Of a stretch of 64,000 nucleotides of DNA, positions 12,951-23,252 are shown in pieces (the first letter of the stretch is position 1; every line of letters starts with the position of its first letter). The notes beneath the pieces were generated by a model. It worked only from the letters and a program-made list of their open reading frames with translations. It was not told the origin of the DNA and made no database searches. The DNA comes from Eledone cirrhosa. Its lineage: Eukaryota. Where the stretch lies: NCBI GenBank assembly GCA_964016885.1, contig OZ024742.1, positions 251,596,001-251,660,000 on the forward strand. The letters are read 5' to 3'. Both the position numbers and the translations under genes were made by a program.

Positions 12951-15237
12951 GCTGGATTGAGGTATGTTGCATGATGCTTTCGACAGTAAGGAAGAGCAAA
13001 TAGACATACAGTATAGAGGAGCTGGGGAAATTCCGGAAAGATAACCTACTGAAGGTGACAAATGAAATCTGAGTTGGGTTAGGTCTCTACGGAGAAGGAA
13101 AATGACTTAGTGGTGGAACAGTAGTTGGAGGAGATAATTAAGGCCAAAAGACAGGCATGGAAAGAATGGCAGATTTGGGAAAGTAAAGAGCACTACCAGG
13201 ATGCTATGAGAGAAGCTAGGCGACAGGTATACTTTGCAAGGAGGAAAGCAGAAAATGAGAAATTTAAACAAGTTCTGCAACGCAAGGACCAAAAGCTTGA
13301 GGTGTTCAGGATTGCGAGGCAGTGTGTCAGGGAAAATTGTGATGTTGGCAGATAGAAGTGTGGCCAAAATGTGGAAGTGTCGCTATGAAAGATTACTGAA
13401 TGAGGAGAATGCATGGGAAGATGATAGTTTGCCCCAAGTAAACCCAACAGAGGAACCAGCTGTACAAATCAGCAGTAGTATAGTAAGCAAGGCAATCAGG
13501 GATATGAAGACAGGTAAAACAGCTGGACTTTTGGGGATAGTTGCAGAGATGCTGAAAGCATCTGGGATGGTGGGTTACACTTTAACCACCCGTATTGTAA
13601 ACCAAGTAATACAAAATGGTGTCATACCCAATAACTGGCGTAGCAGCATTGTCAACTGCTACAAGGGCACAAGAGATGGTCTCGGTAAACTATAGAGGCA
13701 TCAAGTTAATTGACCAGGCCATAAAGATCACAGAAAGAGTTATAGCACAGCTGATCGGAGACCGAGTTAACCTAGATGAGATGCAGTTCGGGTTTGTGCC
13801 AGGTAAAAGTACCACTGATGCCTTCTTCCTTCAAGAGAAGTACCTAGTTAAACAACCCCCTCTACTTCGCATTTGTGGAACTGGAGAAAGCTTTTGACAC
13901 TCTTGTTCCATTATGTGGTGGGCTCTTAGAAAACTAGGAGCAGATGATTGGCCTGTGAGGGCAATGCAAGCAATGTACAGAGGAGCAGTCAGAAAAATTA
14001 GAATTAATAATGACTATAGTGAAGAATTTAGCATGCAGGTAGGAATGCACCAAAGGCTCTGTCCTTAACCCTCTTCTGTTTTTTATCATCCTGTCACTAT
14101 AACAGAGAAGTTTAAGGCTGACTGCCTATGGGAATTTCTGTATACAGATGATCTAACCCTTATAAGCTGAATCTATGGCAGATCTAGATAAGAAATTCTA
14201 AATCTGGAAACGATGCCTAGAACCTTAATCTTAAAGTCAACTTGTCAAAGACTAAAGTCCTCGTGTGTAAAAGGGTAACGGGGCTCAGATTCCCTCAGGA
14301 AAATGGCCTTGCTAAATATGCTCCAAATGCAAACTATGGGTACAGAAGAGATGTAGTGGGATTTCAGGTAGGCTAGCAAAGAATGCAGGTTTTATGTAGT
14401 CATTGCACAGGTGCAGTAAGTAGCAACAGTCCACAGGATACAAGCTCTTTTAAATGCCCTGAGGGCTTGTAAAAGTATTTGATAGTTTCCATAACCTGGA
14501 CAACGAAATTAGCACTGGAGTGGATGTTCTGAAACTACTGTAGCCAGTGAGAATGGGATGGAGAAAGTTTGGGGTGCTACTACCTCTAACTACAAAAGGC
14601 TTTTTCCTCAAAATGAAGGACAGTTTGTATGATGTGTGTATATGAACAGCAATATTGCATGGTAGACCTGGGCACTGTATGCAGAGGAACTGTGAAGATT
14701 GGAAAGAAATGAAGCTGTCATGCTTTGATGGATGTGTACTAATAATATGCATGAATGGCAGAGCATAAATGAACTGAGAGAAACTGGGCATACGAGGGAT
14801 TAGATACAGTATGCAGGAGAGAATGCATTGGTATTGACATGTGGTGTATATGAAGGGTGACAGCTGAATAAAAAGGTGCAGGGCACTCAAAGTTGGTGGA
14901 AGCTATGGAGTAGGATAACTTGGGATGAGGTGAAAAAAATCTGAACTTGCACGATCTCTTGAAGGCGATGACACAGGATCAAGATCTCTGGCGTTATGCA
15001 GTAATACAGAAGACCCACCTTCTCATATGCATGGGCTGAAGCATACATCTTGTATGCACTACCTTCCCCTCTCCCTTCCATACACCCACACATCCTAGCC
15101 CACCACCCTTCATCCACATCCCTATACCCCTGCTCCTCTCTAGATAAGTGCACATCTGTATGAGCAAGACATGGTCATCTGATCTGGCATGTCTCATAGC
15201 AGGCCAACTCATCTAACCTAAGCTAGCATGGAAAAAT

Positions 15238-15243
<6 letters not shown>
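12950..15243 (+). mobile_element. 5'-truncated, frameshifted RTE LINE (same family as 29812-33533)
   Basis: ORFs 13125-13897 match EARRQVY...YERLLNEEN...NYRGIKLIDQ...LDEMQFGFV; 3' end gctagcatggaaaaatggac. Confidence 0.85.
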
Positions 15244-15268
<25 letters not shown>

Positions 15269-15315
15269 GTGTGACGAAACATAAGTCAATTGCATGAACT
15301 CATAATCCTTTATTT

Positions 15316-15371
15316 ACTGCTATATATATTTCAATGATAGCCATTGAATGGCTATGACCTCATCAGGCAGT
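15316..15371 (-). ncRNA. Putative minimal type I hammerhead ribozyme
   Basis: Minus strand ACTGC-CTGATGA-GGTC-ATAGCCAT(TCA)ATGGCTAT-CATT-GAAA-TATATA-TA-GCAGT; perfect 5-bp stem I; followed by AATAAA. Confidence 0.7.
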
Positions 15372-15442
15372 TAGTCAGTTCTTAGATATGCCAGCTCTGT
15401 GTTTATAGTGTTGATGGTATCAGAGCCTTGGGACATATATAT

Positions 15443-15620
15443 ATGGTGTGTGGCTGAGTGATTGGAGAATTGGGTTCGCAATCGTGAGGTTGCGAGTTCG
15501 ATTCCTGAACTGGGTGATGCATTATGTCCTTGAGCAAGGGACTTTATTTCAGGTTACTCCTATCTGGAGTTGCGACCGATAGATAGTGTTAACAATTGGA
15601 AAGACAAATAGAAACATTGT
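15443..15620 (+). mobile_element. tRNA-derived SINE
   Basis: tggctgagtgattgg (A box) ... gagttcgattcc (B box) ... tccttgagcaagg. Confidence 0.7.
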
Positions 15621-15654
15621 TTCCTCGATCTGATTTGATGAAGGTCAATCGCCT

Positions 15655-15870
15655 GTTGATATATATTAAGATATATGTATATAGATATGTTATATATATA
15701 AATATGTAATATATGAGTGTATGTGTATATATGTGCATATGTTTGTATATATGTGCATATGTTTGTGTGTATGTGCATATGTTTGTGTGTATGTGCATAT
15801 GTTTGTGTGTATGTGCATATGTTTGTGTATGTGCATATGTTTGTGTGTGTATGTCTGTGTGTATGCATGC
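15655..15870. repeat. TA/TG-rich minisatellite (atgtgcatatgtttgtgtgt, 20-mer)
   Basis: Direct sequence. Confidence 0.9.
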
Positions 15871-15899
15871 ATGCCCTCTTGTGCGGCAAGCTGCGCGTT

Positions 15900-16133
15900 G
15901 AACCACTGCTTCTTCCAGTTTCATGGCGTGAAGCACTGAGTAGAAGACTTTCCCCTTGACAGGATGCCAGTCCTTCGCAGGGTTAAACCCCCAGTTATTG
16001 CTGGTACTCATGTTCAGCTGAGTATAATGGAGCAATGTGAAATGAAGTGTTTTATTCAAGAACACGTGCAACCCAGCCCAGAATATTATGATCGTAAGTC
16101 CAATACCCTTACCACTAAGCCACGTGCCTTCAC
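15900..16133 (-). mobile_element. tRNA-derived SINE
   Basis: Minus strand gaaggcacgtggcttagtggtaaggg head, followed by cacttcatttcacattgctcc body. Confidence 0.65.
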
Positions 16134-16154
16134 ATATATGTATATGTGTGTGGG

Positions 16155-16185
<31 letters not shown>

Positions 16186-16187
16186 AA

Positions 16188-16248
<61 letters not shown>

Positions 16249-16543
16249 TGACAATTGTTTCTTCCAGAGGGCTGTCTGGAATCATTGGAGCATAGGGAAT
16301 GTCTAAACAGGTGATTAAAATCCTAGTCTTCAGAACATTTAGGTAGATACATAAGTGTTGTTAGTGTCCTAGACATCATGTAGAGAATTGGGAGTTAAAA
16401 GAATGTTATGTTTCAGAGAACACAATTACAAGGAGCAATGGTGGAAAGTACTGGAGGTACAAGCAAAAAAAGTTACAAGCGAGGAAAAATGTAAGATAGG
16501 ATAGACATAATATATCATAGCACTGGAGATCAGGTAATGTTAA

Positions 16544-16753
16544 CCCTTTAATGTTCAAACCAGCCAAAATTTTCTACCTTTTTCTGTTGAAACTGGCTGT
16601 AACTAGTCACTCAAACTGTTGTTAAGGTATTATTCTCAAAATAAATACTTTTAAAATCTCATAGATTCGATATTATGTGAGATAATTATGCGAGGTAAAG
16701 CCTTTACCATGAAAATATAATAGTATATATAGAGTAATGCGAATGCTAAAGGG
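16544..16753. mobile_element. piggyBac-like MITE with TTAA target duplication
   Basis: TTAA|CCCTTTAATGTTC ... GAATGCTAAAGGG|TTAA; homologous copy at 40967-41163. Confidence 0.8.
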
Positions 16754-17041
16754 TTAAGGGTATATAATGCAAGAGTCAATACAATCAATAAGGCATGTAT
16801 GAGGAAAGAGTTATATTACAGCTGAAATAAGCAAATTTCGTGTAGAATGTAAAAGCATGTTATAAGTGTTAGAAATGTTAATTTTTTTTTTTTTTTGTTA
16901 ATAGCGTGCTATATAGTAGGGAGACCTGTGGTGATAAAATAGGTGTTATGCTAGGTGTAATGCAAAGCACGTGATTGAATTGGGTAGGTAATTTTCATTC
17001 AAGTGTTTTTATATATGCATATATCTGTGTGTGTATATATC

Positions 17042-17472
17042 TGAAGGCGCAAGGCTTAGTGGTTAGAGCATTGGGTTTGCAATCGAAAAGTTGTGAGTTC
17101 AATTCTTGGACCGGGTGATGTGTTGTTTCCTTGAGCACGACACTTTATTTCACATTTTTTCAGTTTACTCAGCTGTAGAAATAAGATGATAGGACTGGGG
17201 TCCCTATCATTCCATTGCAAAGTAGTTGTGGAGGTGCCACTGCAAAAAGCACCCAGTCCACACTGTAAAGTGGACGTGTAGGCGCCACAAAAAAAAGCAC
17301 CCAACACTCACTGTAAATGAGGTTGGTGTGAGGAAGGGCATCCCGCTGTAGAAATCAAGCCAGAATCAGTTCCCGTATGAGCAAGACATGGTTAGCTGAC
17401 CGGACACTGCCGACAACAGGACAACCCATCTAACCCATGCTAGCATGGAAGAACAGACGTAAAACGGTGATG
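17042..17472 (+). mobile_element. Full-length tRNA-derived SINE with RTE-derived 3' tail
   Basis: A box aggcttagtgg; B box gagttcaattc; tail ggttggtgtgaggaagggcatcc...aacccatgctagcatggaag...cgtaaaacggtgatg matches the RTE 3' UTR. Confidence 0.85.
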
Positions 17473-17674
17473 TGTGTGTGTATATGTATATATGTGTGTG
17501 TATATGTATATATGTGTGTGTATATGTATATATGTGTGTGTATATGTATATATGTGTGTGTATATGTATATATGTGTGTGTATATGTATATATGTGTGTG
17601 TATATGTATGTATGTGTGTGTATATGTATGTATGTGTGTATATATGTGTACATATGTGTGTGTATATATGTGTA

Positions 17675-17705
<31 letters not shown>

Positions 17706-17756
17706 GTGTGTGTGTGTATATATATATGTATATCTATATACGTGTGTGTGTGTATG
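17472..17756. repeat. TG/TA compound microsatellite
   Basis: Direct sequence. Confidence 0.95.
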
Positions 17757-17787
17757 CAAACACACACCCGAGGATATATCAAACGCG

Positions 17788-20700
17788 CACACACACACAC
17801 ACACCAACACACACCAACACACACCAACACACACCAACACACACACCAACACACACACCAACACACACACCAACACACACACCAACACACACACCAACAC
17901 ACACACCAACACACACACCAACACACACACCAACACACACACCAACACACACACCAACACACACACCAACACACACACCAACACACACACCAACACACAC
18001 ACCAACACACACACCAACACACACACCAACACACACACCAACACACACACCAACACACACACCAACACACACACCAACACACACACCAACACACACACCA
18101 ACACACACACCAACACACACACCAACACACACACCAACACAGCAACACACCAACACAGCAACACACCAACACACCAACACACCAACACAGCAACACACCA
18201 ACACAGCAACACACCAACACACCAACACAGCAACACACCAACACAGCAACACAGCAACACACCAACACAGCAACACACCAACACAGCAACACACCAACAC
18301 ACCAACACAGCAACACACCAACACAGCAACACAGCAACACACCAACACAGCAACACACCAACACAGCAACACACCAACACAGCAACACACACACCAACAC
18401 ACACACCAACACACACACCAACACACACACCAACACACACACCAACACACACACCAACACACACACCAACACACACACCAACACACACACCAACACACAC
18501 ACCAACACACACACCAACACACACACCAACACACACACCAACACACACACCAACACACACACCAACACACACACCAACACACACACCAACACACACACCA
18601 ACACACACACCAACACACACACCAACACACACACCAACACACACACCAACACACACACCAACACACACACCAACACACACACCAACACACACCCCAACAC
18701 ACACCCCAACACACACCCCAACACACAACACAACACACAACACACAACACAACACACAACACAACACACAACACAACACACACACCAACACACACACCAA
18801 CACACAACACAACACACAACACAACACACAACACACAACACAACACAACACACAACACAACACAACACACAACACACACCAACACACACACCAACACACA
18901 CACCAACACACACACCAACACACACACCAACACACACACCAACACACACACCAACACCAACACACACACCAACACCAACACACACACCAACACCAACACA
19001 CACACCAACACCAACACACACACCAACACCAACACACACACCAACACCAACACACACACCAACACCAACACACACCAACACACACACACACCAACACACA
19101 CACACACCAACACACACACACACCAACACACACACACACCAACACACACACCAACACACACACCAACACACACACCAACACACACACCAACACACACACC
19201 AACACACACACCAACACACACACCAACACACACACCAACACACACACCAACACACACACCAACACACACACCAACACACACACCAACACACACACCAACA
19301 CACACACCAACACACACACCAACACACACACCAACACACACAGCAACACAGCAACACAGCAACACACCAACACACCAACACACCAACACACCAACACACC
19401 AACACAGCAACACACCAACACAGCAACACAGCAACACACCAACACAGCAACACACCAACACAGCAACACACCAACACACCAACACAGCAACACACCAACA
19501 CACCAACACAGCAACACAGCAACACACCAACACAGCAACACACCAACACAGCAACACACCAACACAGCAACACACCAACACAGCAACACACACACCAACA
19601 CACACACCAACACACACAGCAACACACACACCAACACACACACCAACACACACACCAACACACACACCAACACACACACCAACACACACACCAACACACA
19701 CACCAACACACACACCAACACACACACCAACACACACACCAACACACACACCAACACACACACCAACACACACACCAACACACACACCAACACACACACC
19801 AACACACACACCAACACACACACCAACACACACACCAACACACACACCAACACACACACCAACACACACACCAACACACACACCAACACACAACACAACA
19901 CACAACACACAACACAACACACAACACAACACAACACACAACACAACACACCAACACACAACACACAACACACAACACAACACACAACACACAACACAAC
20001 ACAACACACAACACAACACAACACACAACACACACCAACACACACACCAACACACACACCAACACACACACCAACACACACACCAACACACACACCAACA
20101 CACACACCAACACACACACCAACACCAACACACACACCAACACCAACACACACACCAACACCAACACACACACCAACACCAACACACACACCAACACCAA
20201 CACACACACCAACACCAACACACACACCAACACCAACACACACACCAACACACACACACACCAACACACACACACACCAACACACACACACACCAACACA
20301 CACACCAACACACACACCAACACACACACCAACACACACACCAACACACACACCAACACACACACCAACACACACACCAACACACACACCAACACACACA
20401 CCAACACACACACCAACACACACACCAACACACACACCAACACACACACCAACACACACACCAACACACACACCAACACACACACCAACACACACACCAA
20501 CACACACACCAACACACACACCAACACACACACCAACACACACACCAACACACACACCAACACACACACCAACACACACACCAACACACACACCAACACA
20601 CACACCAACACACACACCAACACACACAACACAACACACACAACACACACAACACAACACAACACAACACACACAACACAACACACACAACACAACACAC

Positions 20701-20960
20701 ACAACACAACACACACAACACAACACAACACAACACAACACAACACAACACAACACAACACAACACAACACACACAACACAACACACACAACACAACACA
20801 CACAACACAACACACACAACACAACACACACAACACAACACACACAACACAACACAACACACACAACACAACACACACAACACACACAACACAACACACA
20901 CAACACACACAACACAACACACAACACAACACAACACAACACACAACACAACACAACACA
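17788..20960. repeat. 3.2-kb CA-rich satellite (CACACACACCAA 12-mer, CACAGCAA 8-mer and CACAA blocks)
   Basis: Direct sequence; source of six spurious ORFs longer than 1100 aa. Confidence 0.95.
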
Positions 20961-20999
20961 AAAAGCATATACATAAGTATATACAAATAGAGTACTCAT

Positions 21000-21445
21000 G
21001 CACCCACACACAGACGTACACGGTACTTGGATGGTCGTTGACTCTACTGGGTTCATCCGCCCAATGAGAGCATGATCTTTCGGCATCGGTTGAGGTGGTG
21101 CAGTCATGTGGTCTGGATGTCTGATGATAGTATTCCAAAGCAACTTCTCTACAGTGAACTGTGCGAAGGATGGCAACCACCACATAAACCAAAAATGCGG
21201 TACCAGGACTGTGTCAAGGGCATCTCGGCTTGTGCTGGAATTTCATCTGACGAATGGGAGAAAGTGGAGACATTTGATCAAGTCAAGAAGTCAACACTGA
21301 AACTCATGGAAGAGAACACTTAACACTGAAAAGGAAGGTGAGGAAAAGAGACTGTTCTGAACTGCCTGCTGTTGAGCAACATCTGGTTTGCCAGCACCGT
21401 GTTTGAGTCTGCCTGAGCAAAGCTGTTTTGATTAGACATGAACAA
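21000..21445 (+). mobile_element. RTE (BovB-like) LINE 3' fragment
   Basis: ORF 21072-21323 RHRLRWCSHVVWMSDDSIPKQLLYSEL...HKPKMRYQDCVK; related to 61125-61968. Confidence 0.75.
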
Positions 21446-21505
21446 AGTCATATATATGTGTGTGTATATGCATATGTATATGTGTATATATATATGTGTG
21501 TGTGT

Positions 21506-22312
21506 GGCGGCATTCACCCTGGGCCGGTTGAGCCAGCTCCATCCAACGAATTTACCTTATCCCAAATGAAGGCCGACCAAGCACGATGGCCCGACGCTAT
21601 CGAAGATATGAGTGTCAGATATTCGCAGTTCCATTGCCGAACCCCACACAGGCGTGGGCTTAAGATCAGCTCAGCCTCTTGCCTCACCGTCCTAAGACAC
21701 GTTTTCAGTTGGCCTCCACAACGTTTCCTCCATCCCAACAGAGGAGATGCATCAATGGCTTCGCGGATGAAGTCGCCTGGTTGTCGACAGAGAGCATGAC
21801 CAAGCCAGCGAAGATGCCTCGTGAAAAGAGATTACTGGGGGGGAGGAGATTTGCAGCATGCACGGATTGCAGTTTGAGAGGAATTGTTGCCAGTGAATTC
21901 GAAGGATGCGGCGTAAACAATGATGGTCGAATACTTCGAGTTTGCGCATGTCCTCTGCTCTCAGTGGCCAAGTTTTGCAGCCGTGTAGCAGGATTGTTTG
22001 GACAAGGGCTTGGTAGATCCGACATATTAACTCCGCTCCAAATCATTGTCCGTGTCTGGGAATCCAAAAGCCTCCCCCAAGACTGGAGCGACGCTGTTCT
22101 GCTTCCGTTTTTCAAGGAAGGCAATAAATACTGTTGCAGCAACTACCGCGGTATAAGCCGAATCGACATTGCCACTAAGATATTTGCTACCATATTGCTA
22201 AAACAATTTCAAAATCGAGATTCACGCATAAGGTCAAATCAATGTGGTTTTCGGCCTGGTCGAGGGTGCACAGATCAGATTTTCACACTGCGTCGGGTGC
22301 TTGAGCTTCGCT
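21506..22312 (-). mobile_element. RTE LINE with an inverted 5' segment
   Basis: 21506-22028 minus: CRIYQALVQTILLHGCKTW...EVFDHHCLRRILRIHW and 3' end gggtgaatgccg; 22025-22312 plus: LPQDWSDAVLLPFFK...NYRGIS...QCGFRPGRGCTDQIFTLRRVLE. Confidence 0.8.
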
Positions 22313-22313
22313 G

Positions 22314-22345
<32 letters not shown>

Positions 22346-22399
22346 CATCATCATCATTTTACGTCCGCTTTTCCCTGCTTGCAAGGGTGGGACGGGTCT

Positions 22400-22481
<82 letters not shown>

Positions 22482-22690
22482 TGTGTGTGTGTGTGTGTGT
22501 GTGTGCATGTGTGTGTGTATATGTGTGTGTGTATATGTGTATATATATATGTGTGTGTGTGTGTATATATATATGTATGTGTGTATATATGTGTGTGTGT
22601 GTGTATATATATGTGTGTGCATATGTGTGTGCATATGTGCGTATATATATGTATATATCTGTGTACATATGTATGTGTGTGTATATGTGT
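22400..22690. repeat. (TG)n/(TA)n microsatellite
   Basis: Direct sequence. Confidence 0.95.
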
Positions 22691-22875
22691 AAGAATTTCC
22701 GGATAAACCTCCAAGTAATCCCGGATATGTCTCTGTAAACAATAACTCTCTACTTAAGTGGACCATGGTGTCGAAATAGTGATTTGAAAGACTTTGCCAG
22801 GTGGTGCTATTAAGTTATACATGGTCTGGGCCAATACTGGCCAAAATACATATCAAAGTTATATATATATATATA

Positions 22876-22912
<37 letters not shown>

Positions 22913-22917
<5 letters not shown>

Positions 22918-23088
22918 TGTTCAGAGCCATCCTCAGCATTCTCGTGTAGCACCCATCCACCATCTGAGTGAGTTTCTTGGTCAGTGTCCAAGTCTCAGAC
23001 CTGTATAGCAGCACAGACTCCACTACAGCAATGAAAAGACTGATCTTCAGGTCTTTACGAAGGTCATAATTCCAAACCGATCTCAAGC
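22913..23088 (-). mobile_element. LINE (RTE/RTEX-like) internal fragment
   Basis: LKISLFIAVVESVLLYRSETWTLTKKLTQMVDGCYTRMLRMALN. Confidence 0.75.
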
Positions 23089-23124
23089 TGTATGTATGTA
23101 TGTATGTATGTATATGTATGTATG

Positions 23125-23157
<33 letters not shown>

Positions 23158-23164
23158 ATGTATG

Positions 23165-23198
<34 letters not shown>

Positions 23199-23252
23199 TG
23201 TGTGTATGTATGTATGTATGTATGTATGTATGTATGTATGTATGTATGTATG
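23089..23252. repeat. (TATG)n microsatellite
   Basis: Direct sequence. Confidence 0.95.

Noticed and set aside
17042-17115. tRNA gene (also at 15443 and 52220)
   Set aside because: A/B boxes are present but there is no cloverleaf, and the sequence continues into SINE body and tail.
17366-21192. Six ORFs of 1137-1251 aa (Cys/Val or His/Thr rich)
   Set aside because: All six frames are open because the CA satellite lacks stop codons; not genes.
21679-22692. 337-aa ORF with RT motifs
   Set aside because: Chimera of antisense LINE, an inverted RT fragment and microsatellite; not a gene.
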